A stretch of DNA of 62,038 bases, filler included. It is 3 parts of 3 records of this genome, joined end to end, with 100 filler letters (N's around TTAATTAATTAA, not from the genome) between each part and the next. Parts side by side here need not be neighbours in the genome. Positions count along the whole stretch, not along the records: positions 27,591 to 55,961 come from DRR723986_3119; positions 56,062 to 62,038 come from DRR723986_3120; 1 more part is not named here. One strand, given 5' to 3'. Position numbers and translations under genes: made by a program. Under the pieces are notes generated by a model. The model saw only the letters and a program-made list of their open reading frames with translations. It was not told the DNA's origin and did no database searches. This document shows positions 48,944 to 59,243 of the stretch, piece by piece (the stretch's first letter is position 1; every line of letters begins with the position of its first letter).

Positions 48944-49208
48944 GGTAACGAGCTCTGGTTGTTATGTTCAGATGAGCCTAATACTCAATCTCTTTACCTT
49001 GCGGTATCTTGTTGCATATCGCTTCTTTTGATCTGATCAATGTCTTTTCCAACCTTCGTTGAAAGTCGCGTACGCTTGAGAGCTGGGTATTTTTTTCAGT
49101 TCAATTTTGAAGGAAAAGATAACTTTTCTGGTCAGATAATCAACCTTTAGACCGCATCCGGGTATAAGTTCGAATACTCTGGATAGAAAAACGGGAAGGC
49201 GGACATAA

Positions 49209-51575
49209 ATGAGCGATATCCGGATCTGGGCGACTCGTGTGCTGGCTATCTTGCTACTGATGCCGGGTGCCTGGCTCATCCTGGGTGGGACTCAGTTAGT
49301 GAGCCTTGGAGGGTCATGGTACTACCTGATCGCCGGATTTGTGATCTCGGTTGGGGCCGGCCTTGTTTGGCGTCAAAACTCAATGGCGATCTCACTGTTT
49401 TCACTACTGGTTATTGGCTCCACGTTCTGGGCACTTACCGAGGTGGGAACATCCTTCTGGTTACTAATACCCCGTATCGGCCTGCCGGTTGGTCTTTTGT
49501 TAATACTTCTTTTCTGGTGTCTGCTCACAGCCGGCTCGCACCAAAGGTCCCATATCGTCGTTGGCTTGAGCGCTGTGACGGTGAGCGTCACCGCGCTGGC
49601 AATAAGTGCAGTATCTGATCGATCTTTTGAGATCACAGGCAGTGCTGGAGAAAGTCGTGCGGAGATGTGGTCGGGTATGCCCGAGCTTACTGGTATTGCC
49701 CTGAACTCAGAGGAATGGCGGCACTATGGAAAAACTCAAGCGGGCAGCAGATATATCCATTCTGATCAGATAAATACCTCCAATGTTGCTGATCTGGAGG
49801 TTGCATGGATGTATCGCACGGGGGACCGACCAGAAGCCTATCCACAGTCGACGAATGCCTTTGCCTTTCAGGCCACCCCTTTAAAAATAGACGAAACCCT
49901 GTATTTCTGTACTCCCCATAATATTGTCATCGCGCTTGACGCTACGACAGGCAGGGAGAAATGGCGGCATGATCCGGACATAGCAACGCAAGGCATATAC
50001 ATGCTGGCTTGCCGTGGTGTGTCGTACCATGAGGACACAACTGCTGACGGCGCCTGTGCCCGGCGCATAATCCTTGCCACGCTGGATGCGAGGTTACTGG
50101 CACTGGATGCTGAAACCGGCGCGAGCTGCGCAGGATTTGGGGAAGGCGGAGAAACTTCCCTGCTTTCAGGACTTGGTCAAGTTAAGCCGGGTTACTACCT
50201 GGTGTCTTCACCACCAACCGTGGTGGGCGACGTAGCAGTAGTGGGCGGCTTTGTACTGGACAACATGTCAGTAGACGAGCCGCCGGGCGTGGTCAGAGGA
50301 TATTCGGTGAAAACCGGCGAGCAGCTATGGGCTTGGGACTCCGGCCGCCCTGATCATGCGGGACCATGGCTACCAGGAGAAGCCTATACTCGCGGATCAC
50401 CAAACGCATGGAGTCTTTTCAGCGCGGACGAAGCACTGGGACTTGTCTATGTGCCCACCGGGAATGCAACTCCAGACTATTACGGTGGCCTGAGAACTGA
50501 GGCGCAGGATCGTTATTCGTCATCCATCGTTGCCCTTGATAGCGCAAGTGGTGAGGTTCGCTGGTCGTTTCAGACAGTTCATCATGACTTATGGGACTAC
50601 GATGTCGGATCGCAGCCAACTCTTATCGATATACCGATGGGCGGGACTGTAGTTCCGGCTCTATTGCAGCCAACCAAGCAGGGTGAGATCTATCTACTCG
50701 ACAGGCGATCTGGCGAGCCGATTGCAAATGTACAAGAGCAGGCCGTACCGCAGGGTGACGTACCCGGCGAGCGATACGCATTAACACAGCCTGTTTCAAG
50801 TGGTATGCCAAGCCTTGTACCGCCTCCACTTACCGAAGCGGACATGTGGGGTATCACCAGCCTGGATCAGCTCTGGTGTCGTATCGAGTTCAAGAAACTC
50901 AGATATGAAGGGCGATTCACACCACCGGGCCTGGATCCAACACTGTCTTGGCCAGGCAATATGGGGGTAAGTAATTGGGGTAGTGCATCCGTCGACCTGG
51001 TACGCGGACTGCTTGCGGTCAACACATCCTATGCACCACTGATTGTGCAGTTAATTCCCCGCCATGAGATGCCCGAGGGAGAACAAATATTCTTTGATGA
51101 GCGATTTGTGCCGCTATCGCCGCAAACCGGAACACCCTATGGGGTAAAAACGGAGCGACCCATGCTGTCGCCTCTTGGCGTCCCCTGTAATGCACCACCG
51201 TGGGGTCGCCTGTCTGTTATCAACCTGAAAAATCGTCAGCTCCTATGGCAGCGGGCACTTGGTACCTCCGAGGATCATGCACCTCTGGGCATCCCCGTGC
51301 CGGGCGCGTTTTCACAGGGAGGCACAATAGTAACGCAGGGTGGGCTGATATTCGTGGCCGCCACACAAGACGATTATATCCGCGCCTTTGACATCGAGAC
51401 CGGGCGCGAGCTCTGGAAGAGTCGCCTACCCGCTGGCGGGCAAGCCACACCGATGAGCTATATCTCTAAAGAGGACGGCAAGCAATATGTGGTGATAGCT
51501 GCAGGCGGGCATCAATACATGCAGACAACGATCGGGGATTACCTGATCGCGTTCAGCTTGGCTGGCAGTCGTTGA
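49209..51575 (+). CDS. Membrane-bound PQQ-dependent dehydrogenase (glucose/quinate/shikimate family)
   Basis: N-terminal TM segments, QATPL, CRGVSY, HHDLWDYD, PAGGQATPMSY. Confidence 0.95.
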   Translation: MSDIRIWATRVLAILLLMPGAWLILGGTQLVSLGGSWYYLIAGFVISVGAGLVWRQNSMAISLFSLLVIGSTFWALTEVGTSFWLLIPRIGLPVGLLLILLFWCLLTAGSHQRSHIVVGLSAVTVSVTALAISAVSDRSFEITGSAGESRAEMWSGMPELTGIALNSEEWRHYGKTQAGSRYIHSDQINTSNVADLEVAWMYRTGDRPEAYPQSTNAFAFQATPLKIDETLYFCTPHNIVIALDATTGREKWRHDPDIATQGIYMLACRGVSYHEDTTADGACARRIILATLDARLLALDAETGASCAGFGEGGETSLLSGLGQVKPGYYLVSSPPTVVGDVAVVGGFVLDNMSVDEPPGVVRGYSVKTGEQLWAWDSGRPDHAGPWLPGEAYTRGSPNAWSLFSADEALGLVYVPTGNATPDYYGGLRTEAQDRYSSSIVALDSASGEVRWSFQTVHHDLWDYDVGSQPTLIDIPMGGTVVPALLQPTKQGEIYLLDRRSGEPIANVQEQAVPQGDVPGERYALTQPVSSGMPSLVPPPLTEADMWGITSLDQLWCRIEFKKLRYEGRFTPPGLDPTLSWPGNMGVSNWGSASVDLVRGLLAVNTSYAPLIVQLIPRHEMPEGEQIFFDERFVPLSPQTGTPYGVKTERPMLSPLGVPCNAPPWGRLSVINLKNRQLLWQRALGTSEDHAPLGIPVPGAFSQGGTIVTQGGLIFVAATQDDYIRAFDIETGRELWKSRLPAGGQATPMSYISKEDGKQYVVIAAGGHQYMQTTIGDYLIAFSLAGSR

Positions 51576-51590
51576 GGTGTTATTCCGATA

Positions 51591-51764
51591 TCAGGGGTAA
51601 GAATACGTCCCCATCAGGAAAGTCTCGGCAATAACATGCTGTTCCATGGCATCCCGCAATTCGAATACCGTTGGCCTCCCAAGGTCTGGCAAAACGGTGT
51701 CGAGAGCATACAGGCTGAAGAAATACCTATGAGTGCCCGAGGGGGGACAAGGGCCGCCATAGCC
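51591..51764 (-). pseudogene. YbhB/YbcL (PEBP) family, C-terminal fragment only
   Basis: [22 protein letters not shown]...[16 protein letters not shown]; no N-terminal half. Confidence 0.8.
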
Positions 51765-52889
51765 CACAATGGCAACATGTCTAACGGTCATATGTTTCCA
51801 ACTGCGCGAACTCTCCACGGTGCCAAGGTTAATGAGGAGTGGGCCAAGACGCGCGCTCGCTGGGAGCCACTGTATGAAATCACCCAGATCAAGGGAGATG
51901 GCGAGGCGCACCCACTGCTGTCCCCCGATGATGAGTTTGCCGATTTCGAGACCTGGGCGGTGGGTAACCTCGATCTTTCCGAGCTTAAAACGGATGACAT
52001 GATCGGACGCGAGTATGGGCGTACAGCCCTGCAGATGGGTTTGCAGCTTGAGCGAAAACACGGCGTAAATCCCTATAAGTTTGGATTTGTCGGAGCAACC
52101 GATACGCATACCGCGCTCCCGACTGCCGAGGAGGATAATTTCTTTGGCAAGCACTCCGGTGCGGAACCCAATCCAAAGCGGATGGAACACCCGATGGCCA
52201 AGGTGGGTGATAATGAGTATCCGGGCTGGTCGATGTCGGCCTCCGGCTACCAGGGTATCTGGGCCACAGAGAACACCCGGGAAGCATTGTTTGACGCCAT
52301 GATGCGAAAAGAGACCTATGCGACCACCGGGCCACGTATGTTGGTTCGCTTCTTTGGTGGCTGGGAATTCACGTCTGAAGATGCCATGAGTCGCCTGCCC
52401 GCTGATGCCGGTTATCGCAAAGGTGTACCCATGGGAGCAGACCTGCCTGCGAGCAAGGGGGCCAAGGCACCCAGCTTCCTTATTGCCGCACAGCGGGATC
52501 CGTATTCAGGGAATCTGGATCGCATCCAGATCGTGAAGGGTTGGATCGACAAGCAAGGTGCTAGCCATGAGAAAGTTTACGATGTCGCCTGGGCGGGCGA
52601 CCGTGAGCCAGGAGCAGACGGCAAGTTGCCCCCGGTCGGTAATACTGTGGATGCAGCCACGGCGACCTGGGTAAACACCATAGGTTCTCCCGAATTGATC
52701 ACAGTGTGGGAAGACCCTGATTTCGATCCTGCAAATCCCGCCGTGTACTATGCAAGAGTTCTCGAAATACCGACACCTCGCTGGACAAGCTATGAGGCTG
52801 TACGCTTCGGCGTAGAACTGCCGGAGGCAGCGCCGGTTTCAATTCAGGAACGCGCCTACACCTCGGCCATCTGGTACGACCCTGAATAA
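51756..52889 (+). pseudogene. DUF3604 family protein, 5'-truncated
   Basis: Begins abruptly at [61 protein letters not shown]; no signal peptide or N-terminal part. Confidence 0.8.
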
Positions 52890-52927
52890 ATTCGTCTAGG
52901 CATTGTACGGCTAAATTAAAGCGCCTA

Positions 52928-52958
52928 TCGACGCTCCCCTCGAACCGGGAAGCGTCGA
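52928..52958. terminator. Hairpin between convergent genes
   Basis: TCGACGCT-CCC...GGGA-AGCGTCGA. Confidence 0.55.
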
Positions 52959-52995
52959 GTTTCTGTTCTAATCTACGGTTTTACTAACCAGCTGA

Positions 52996-54441
52996 TTAGC
53001 CGTCATTGCGCGCAAGCAAAACCCTGCCAACGTTTATTGCCTCATTGAGTGCACTGATTCTGAAAACAAAACAGACGGCGATATAGCCCAAAGCCCCCAC
53101 ACCGCCAGCAATTCCCACCTTCAGAAAGTTTGCCAATGCCAATAGTTCGTTTAAGTGGAAAGTGACTACAGCGGCAAGAATCGAGATCATCGCCATGGGT
53201 ACTATATCGATGAGCTGATTCAGCACACCATACCCTAGTAGCTTCCCGGAAAAATAGGCGTTGATTAAGAATGCTGTCAGGGCAAACAAGACCTGGCTCC
53301 ATGCAACGCCTTCTAATCCGAAACTTACGCCCACAATCAAGAAAATCAGTCCCAGTAATTTTTTCGGAATCTCAATCGAAAGAATCAGTTTTGAGTGACC
53401 TGCTGCAATTAACGCGCTGACGTTCACTAACTGAAATGGCCATAAAGCCGCACCCAGGCACAGAATTTTGAAAGGCACGATTGCCTCTGCCCAGGCTGGA
53501 CCAAACAATGTCAATATCAATGGCTCTCCAAGTACTGCCAGGAGAAGCATAACTGGCATATTCACCAGCATTAGACATTTTAACGATGCCTGCATCGAAA
53601 CTCTTAAGCCGCCTGCCTCTCTTGCTCTTTCTGAAAATACCGGCAGGAGCAATCTTCCAAAGATGGTTGTGAAGAAATTTGCAGGTAACTGCTTTGCTTG
53701 TTCGGCACGATCGTATATCCCTAGCTCGGGAAGACCGATTCGCTTGCCAATAAGGACCGTATAAGCTCGCGAGTAAAACGTGTCTATCAGGTTTGCTACC
53801 AGTACATAACCACCAAAACGAAACAGCGTAACCGCAGATTTTCTGCTGAAAGTAAAAAGAGGTCGCCAGCCTCCCAGAACACTGGTGAAGACCACTATCC
53901 CCGCGGACGTTAGGAAAATCTGTGCCGCTACGGCCCAAACGCCAAAATCAAGCACGGCCAGGGTAATCGCTATTGCGCTCGCTATCAGTACTGCAGCCAC
54001 TGCTGCTATCATCTGGGTGCGGAAATCGAGCGCTTTGGTAAGGATAGCAACAGGAACTACGGCTAAAGAGTTCAGTAGAACGATGCAACCCATGAGAACC
54101 ATGAGTAACCGTATTTCAGGCTTTTCAAAGATGATCGCCATCAAATCTGAAATAGAGAAGAACAACAGTGCAAGCAATAACCCTGCACACGCGTTTATCC
54201 AGAATACGGTAGATTCATCAACTCGGGAGATGTGTTCACGCTGTATCAGCGCTGAGGACAGGCCTCCCTCCGCCAGCACACTTCCTAGAGCGACAAATAG
54301 GGATAACACCGCAACGATACCGAATTCTTCCGGTGTGACGAAACGGGCCATAACAAGCCCCGTTCCGAACGAAATGCACTGTCTGATGATTGCGTCGGAT
54401 GCGCTCCAAACCGTTGCCTGTGCAGTGCGATTACCGTTCAC
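52996..54441 (-). CDS. Polysaccharide flippase (Wzx/WzxC-like)
   Basis: ARFVTPEEFG, GGLSSALIQ, LFRFGG, LG.YDRA, LFGPAW; many TMs; AT-richer than flanks. Confidence 0.9.
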   Translation of the reverse strand: MNGNRTAQATVWSASDAIIRQCISFGTGLVMARFVTPEEFGIVAVLSLFVALGSVLAEGGLSSALIQREHISRVDESTVFWINACAGLLLALLFFSISDLMAIIFEKPEIRLLMVLMGCIVLLNSLAVVPVAILTKALDFRTQMIAAVAAVLIASAIAITLAVLDFGVWAVAAQIFLTSAGIVVFTSVLGGWRPLFTFSRKSAVTLFRFGGYVLVANLIDTFYSRAYTVLIGKRIGLPELGIYDRAEQAKQLPANFFTTIFGRLLLPVFSERAREAGGLRVSMQASLKCLMLVNMPVMLLLAVLGEPLILTLFGPAWAEAIVPFKILCLGAALWPFQLVNVSALIAAGHSKLILSIEIPKKLLGLIFLIVGVSFGLEGVAWSQVLFALTAFLINAYFSGKLLGYGVLNQLIDIVPMAMISILAAVVTFHLNELLALANFLKVGIAGGVGALGYIAVCFVFRISALNEAINVGRVLLARNDG

Positions 54442-54821
54442 AACGCCCGCGAGCCTGACGCGTAAAGATGTAAACCCTAATCATTCAGCTCTCCATTTTC
54501 CAATGCTTTACACGCTATGCCGCGCGTGCCAGATACTAAACCAAATTCGTTCGTGTGGCTTGATAAACTGTGCGCAAGCCCGTCTCGGGCTTCTTCTATG
54601 CGTGGTTTGCAGATGTATGCTCCTGGAGTGGTATCCAGTGCCGTGTGCTTGCCGGAAGAAGGACTATTCATACCAGTTTTAGCCCCATGAATTGCGCCTC
54701 TCCGTTACTACGGTTCATGCTGAATAACCCGTATCTCAGGCATTACGAATAGTCATGACCTAGCCCCACCTTCCTAGTCCAGATCTAAAGTGGTAAAAAG
54801 CCAATTAAGGAGATCTGAACC

Positions 54822-55100
54822 ATGCCAAAGAAACGATACAGCGCCGAAGAGATCATTCACAAGCTCCGTGAAGCCGATGTGCTGTTGGCGCAGAGCAAGA
54901 CCGTCACAGAGACCTGTAAGCAGATGGGAGTCAGCGAGCAGACTTACTACCGCTGGCGCAAGGAATATGGCGGCATGAAGGTGGACCAGGCCAGGCGATT
55001 GAAGGAACTGGAAGCCGAGAATGCCCGCCTGAAAAGGGCTGTCGCCGACCTGACCGTGGACAAGCTGATCCTCAAGGAGGTCGCCGAGGGAAAGTACTGA
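54822..55100 (+). CDS. IS3 transposase OrfA
   Basis: [19 protein letters not shown]...[17 protein letters not shown]...RLKELE.EN.RLK. Confidence 0.93.
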   Translation: MPKKRYSAEEIIHKLREADVLLAQSKTVTETCKQMGVSEQTYYRWRKEYGGMKVDQARRLKELEAENARLKRAVADLTVDKLILKEVAEGKY

Positions 55101-55123
55101 GCCCTGCGCGCAGGCGCCAGGCG

Positions 55124-55939
55124 GTGGCCCATGCCAAACCGCTGGGCTACTCAGAGCGGCGCATCTGCAAGGCGCTGGGCATTTCCCGCAATACGGTACG
55201 GTATACCCCGCAGCCACGTGAGGATGAAGAGGCCCTGACGGCCGATATTTTGCGCTTTGCGGGCCAGTTTGGGCGATACGGTTACCGCAGGGTCCATGCC
55301 TTGCTCCAATCCCAGGGCTGGGAGGTGAGCCATGGCCGGGTCATGCGACTCTGGCGACGTGAAGGGCTCAAGGTACCCCAGAAGCAGCCCAAACGGGGTC
55401 GGCTGTGGCTGAACGATGGCTCCTGTATCAGGCTCAGGCCAGAGCGTCGCAATCATGTCTGGTCGTGGGACTTCGTGTTTGATCGTACGGTGGATGGCCG
55501 ACCCATCAAGCTGATGGTGGTCATCGATGAGTACACTCGTGAATGCCTGGCCGTCCACGTGGCGCGGCGTATCCGGGCCAAAGATGCGATCGATGTCTTT
55601 GCCGACCTGATGGAGAGCCACAGTATTCCTGAACACATACGCTCTGACAATGGTCCGGAGATGGTCGCTAAAAGGCTCAGGGGCTGGCTCGGCCGCCTGG
55701 GCACCAAAACGATCTACATCACGCCGGGCAGCCCCTGGGAAAACGGATACTGTGAGTCCTTTAACGGCAAACTCAGGGATGAATTGCTGAACGGGGAGCT
55801 GTTCTACACGCTACGCGAGGCGCAGGTGCTGATCGAGCCGTGGCGGGTTTGCTACAACACGGAGCGACCCCATAGCTCGCTGGGATACAGGCCGCCCGCC
55901 CCGGAAACGATATTGCCCATGCAGAAAGAGGCTGCGTAA
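55124..55939 (+). CDS. IS3 transposase OrfB (DDE, -1 frame)
   Basis: [44 protein letters not shown]. Confidence 0.93.
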   Translation: MAHAKPLGYSERRICKALGISRNTVRYTPQPREDEEALTADILRFAGQFGRYGYRRVHALLQSQGWEVSHGRVMRLWRREGLKVPQKQPKRGRLWLNDGSCIRLRPERRNHVWSWDFVFDRTVDGRPIKLMVVIDEYTRECLAVHVARRIRAKDAIDVFADLMESHSIPEHIRSDNGPEMVAKRLRGWLGRLGTKTIYITPGSPWENGYCESFNGKLRDELLNGELFYTLREAQVLIEPWRVCYNTERPHSSLGYRPPAPETILPMQKEAA

Positions 55940-55961
55940 ACTAACATTCAACCTGGACCAG

Positions 55962-56061
55962 NNNNNNNNNNNNNNNNNNNNNNNNNNNNNNNNNNNNNNN
56001 NNNNNTTAATTAATTAANNNNNNNNNNNNNNNNNNNNNNNNNNNNNNNNNNNNNNNNNNNN
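55962..56061. other. Artificial contig spacer
   Basis: N-run with TTAATTAATTAA. Confidence 0.98.
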
Positions 56062-56130
56062 CTGACGAGCGGCGCCCTTGCCTGTCCCCGTGCGAACCTG
56101 GGCTTCAAGATCTGGAATCTCTCCGGCCAT
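56062..56130 (-). CDS. rplY: 50S ribosomal protein L25/Ctc, 5' end (partial)
   Basis: MAGEIPDLEAQVRTGTGKGAARQ; GGAG RBS. Confidence 0.88.
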
Positions 56131-56278
56131 TTTAATCTCCAATATATTTAGGGCGGGAATCCTCCAAGGCTGTATTCCCGCGTGAAGCCGCGCATATAGA
56201 CGCCTTTTGCCGCTGTGGAAAGAGCAAAACGGCATCCACGATCTTGGCCTTTGCGGCAAGCCGTGGCAAGCCCGTTCC

Positions 56279-57433
56279 ATGAGCTTGAAAAACGATCTTT
56301 ATTTGACCCGCAAACCCCTGGCCGGATTTCTGGCCATTGGCATGACCTGGGCTGTGTATTTCGCCCAGATGCCGGTGATCAAGGCCAATGTGGAGGCCTC
56401 GGACGGGGCTTATGGCGCGGCGGTGTTGTTTGCGGCCTTCGGGGCGGTGGCGGCCATGTGGCTGGCGCCCGCCTGTCAGAAATACGCCAAGGGGCTGGCC
56501 TTGCCGTTGGGCATGGCGGCATTGGGGTTGGGGATGTTTGGGGCAGGGGCGGCGGCCAGTCTGGCGTTTCTCACGGTTGCGCTTTTGCTGGCGTCTGCCG
56601 GATCCGGGGTTGTGGATGTCCTGATCAATGCGCGGGTGTCCGAGATCGAAGAACGCTCTGGCAGATCGCTTATGAACCTCAATCATGCGCTCTATTCCTT
56701 TGCCTATGCAGGCGGGGCGCTGGCGACCGGGGCGCTGCGTAGTTTGGACGTCACGCCAGTGCCGGTGTTTGCCGGTGTCTGTGTGATATTGGCGCTGCTG
56801 GCCTGGGCCTCTTACGGGGTTGCACCCGAGGTACAGGAGGCCCCCGACGCCACAAACAGCGGCCTGCCGCATCTGTTGGTCTTTCTCGTTGGCCTTGTCG
56901 TGATGATGGCCTTCCTCGCCGAGGCCGCATCCGAAGGTTGGTCGGCCCTGCACCTTGAGCGGACCTTGGGCGGCTCTGCCGGAGAGGGGGCTATGGGGCC
57001 CGCGCTTTTGGGGCTGACCATGGGCATCGGGCGGCTTAGCGGTCATGCCTTGTCGCGGTGGCTGCGTGATACGCATTTGATGCTGGTGGCGACGTTAGTC
57101 TCTGCTGCCGGGCTGGTGCTGGCGGCACTCGCAGGCAGTGTCGCAGTGGCGCTTACCGGTTTTGCGATTGCCGGGCTGGGCATATCGGTGGTTGCGCCTT
57201 TGGCGCTGGCGTTGATCGGGCGGGTCGTTGCACCGCAGGTGCGGCTGGCGGCGATCAGCCGTGCATCCGTTCTGGGCTATGGCGCGTTCTTCTTCGGGCC
57301 ACCGCTGATGGGGTTGATTGCCGAAGGGTTCGGCCTGCGCATGGCTTTTGGCGCAATTGCCGTAATGCTCTGCCTGACTGCGCTGGCGCTGATCCCGGCC
57401 GTGGCGCGGCGTGTGGCTTACGCCCGCGCCTGA
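56279..57433 (+). CDS. MFS transporter
   Basis: About 12 hydrophobic segments, DVLINARVSEIE, MNLNHALYS, GPPLMG.IAE.FGLR. Confidence 0.88.
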   Translation: MSLKNDLYLTRKPLAGFLAIGMTWAVYFAQMPVIKANVEASDGAYGAAVLFAAFGAVAAMWLAPACQKYAKGLALPLGMAALGLGMFGAGAAASLAFLTVALLLASAGSGVVDVLINARVSEIEERSGRSLMNLNHALYSFAYAGGALATGALRSLDVTPVPVFAGVCVILALLAWASYGVAPEVQEAPDATNSGLPHLLVFLVGLVVMMAFLAEAASEGWSALHLERTLGGSAGEGAMGPALLGLTMGIGRLSGHALSRWLRDTHLMLVATLVSAAGLVLAALAGSVAVALTGFAIAGLGISVVAPLALALIGRVVAPQVRLAAISRASVLGYGAFFFGPPLMGLIAEGFGLRMAFGAIAVMLCLTALALIPAVARRVAYARA

Positions 57434-58038
57434 TGCAGATAGCCATCTGCGGCCATCAACCGGTCATACAGCGCAAATTCATCGGCCCGCGCCACCCGCA
57501 GCAACGCGGCACCCTCATCGCTCAGCGGGGCATCCATGGCGGGTGAGACATTCTTGGGCGCGATCTCGACCCTGTCTTCCAACCGTTCGGACAGGAACTG
57601 CCGGAATGACAGCTGGTTTTCATAGGCAAACAGATGCTCAACCTGCACCGCGCCATTGCCATCGGTGAGGAAATTGAACTGTGTGCCGATCTGGGCATAG
57701 GGGGGCGGATCATCCGAAATGACCGCCCGCACATAGGCGTCAAAGCTGATGCCATCGGTGCTTAGATCGCTGCCCTTAAGTCGGTCTGCCGTGCGGTATT
57801 TATACCAGCTGCGGATCTGGTCCACCGGATCGCGCATCACCGCCAAAGGCTCGGGGAAAACGCCAAAGGTGTCTTCCAGAAACGGGCCGATTTTGCGCAT
57901 ATACCGCTGGGCATTGATATGCTTGCGATTGCGCGAAAAGATCACCTCTGCCTTGGGGCGCAGGGCCATCTCGACGGCGGTTGTGCCGGTTTTGGGGACC
58001 GCCAGAAAGGCCAGCCTATGCCGCAGAAAAATCAACAT
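57418..58038 (-). CDS. Sulfotransferase-like conserved protein
   Basis: FLAVPKTGTTA (5'-PSB-like) and VMRDP....RSWY (3'-PB-like) motifs. Confidence 0.7.
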   Translation of the reverse strand: MLIFLRHRLAFLAVPKTGTTAVEMALRPKAEVIFSRNRKHINAQRYMRKIGPFLEDTFGVFPEPLAVMRDPVDQIRSWYKYRTADRLKGSDLSTDGISFDAYVRAVISDDPPPYAQIGTQFNFLTDGNGAVQVEHLFAYENQLSFRQFLSERLEDRVEIAPKNVSPAMDAPLSDEGAALLRVARADEFALYDRLMAADGYLHQARA

Positions 58039-58061
58039 AGACCAGACCTATCAGGGGTGGC

Positions 58062-59228
58062 TCAAGACTGCCAGACCCCGCCAAAATCCTGCGGCACCAA
58101 AAGGTTGTGCCGCCCCAGATCGGTGACCTGTGTTTCCCCGCACAGCGCCATGGTGGTGTCCAGCTCGCGGTGAATGACTTCAAGCGCGGTGGTCACGCCC
58201 TTTTGCCCCATCGCGCCCAGACCATAGACAAAGGCGCGCCCGATGAAGGTGCCCTTGGCCCCCATGGCCAGCGCCTTGAGCACGTCCTGACCAGAGCGGA
58301 TGCCGCTGTCCAGATGCACCTCAACCTGATCGCCAACCGCGTCCAGAATGGACGGCAGCGCCGCGATGGAACTCAGCGCTCCGTCAAGCTGGCGGCCGCC
58401 ATGGTTGGAGACAATGATCGCATCCGCTCCGACCTTGAGCGCCATTTTGGCGTCTTCGGCGTCCAGAATCCCTTTGAGGATCACCTTGCCGCCCCATTGC
58501 TCTTTGAGCTTGGCAACTTTGTCCCAATCCAATGACGGGTCAAACTGTTCCGCTGTCCAGGCGCCAAGGCTGGACGCGTCAGAGATCCCCTCCACATGGC
58601 CGACGATATTGCCAAACTCGCGCCGTTGCGCCCGGAGCATTTCAAGCCCCCATGACCATTTGGTTGCCAGATTGGCCATGGTCTTGAGCGTCAGTTTTGG
58701 CGGGGCGGACAGCCCGTTTTTCAGATCCTTGTGGCGTTGGCCCAGAATTTGCAGATCCAGTGTGATCACCAGCGCCGAACAATTGGCGTCTTTGGCCCGT
58801 TGGATCAGGCGGCTGACGTAATCCTGATCGCGCATGGTATAAAGCTGAAACCAGAAGGGCGCGCCCGTTGCCTCGGCCACATCTTCGATGGAGTTGATGG
58901 ACATCGTAGACAGGGTGAATGGCACCCCGAAATCCCGCGCGGCCTTGGCCGCTTTGATCTCGCCATCGGCATGTTGCATGCCGGTCAGGCCAACCGGGGC
59001 CAGCGCCACGGGCATCGCCACATCCTGCCCGATCATCTGGCTGGCGGTGCTGCGCCCGGACATATCGACCGCCACCCGTTGACGCAGGCGCAACTGGTCA
59101 AAATCAGAGGTGTTCTCGCGGAAGGTTTGTTCCGTCCAGCTGCCAGATTCGCAATAATCATAGAACATGCGCGGCACGCGGCGTTCGTAGATGCGTTTGA
59201 GATCATTGATGTTCGTGATGACGGGCAT
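58062..59228 (-). CDS. lldD: FMN-dependent alpha-hydroxy acid dehydrogenase (L-lactate dehydrogenase)
   Basis: WFQLY, LKGI, VSNHGGRQLDG, DSGIRSGQD. Confidence 0.9.
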   Translation of the reverse strand: MPVITNINDLKRIYERRVPRMFYDYCESGSWTEQTFRENTSDFDQLRLRQRVAVDMSGRSTASQMIGQDVAMPVALAPVGLTGMQHADGEIKAAKAARDFGVPFTLSTMSINSIEDVAEATGAPFWFQLYTMRDQDYVSRLIQRAKDANCSALVITLDLQILGQRHKDLKNGLSAPPKLTLKTMANLATKWSWGLEMLRAQRREFGNIVGHVEGISDASSLGAWTAEQFDPSLDWDKVAKLKEQWGGKVILKGILDAEDAKMALKVGADAIIVSNHGGRQLDGALSSIAALPSILDAVGDQVEVHLDSGIRSGQDVLKALAMGAKGTFIGRAFVYGLGAMGQKGVTTALEVIHRELDTTMALCGETQVTDLGRHNLLVPQDFGGVWQS

Positions 59229-59243
59229 GGTGTTTCGCTCCAT

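Larger units (their letters stand above)
54756..55961 (+). mobile_element. IS3-family (IS407-like) insertion sequence, right IR cut by contig end
   Basis: Starts TGACCTAGCCCC; orfA and orfB; ends CTAACATTCAACCTGGACCAG at the gap. Confidence 0.93.

Noticed and set aside
49028-49040. TTGAT-CTG-ATCAA as an FNR box
   Set aside because: Spacer is 3 nt rather than 4; could be another operator, but unsupported
51591-52190. 199-aa ORF as an intact YbhB protein
   Set aside because: Only the last ~57 aa are YbhB-like; the rest is antisense DUF3604
54477-54752. Short ORFs between wzx and IS3
   Set aside because: No recognisable motif or convincing RBS
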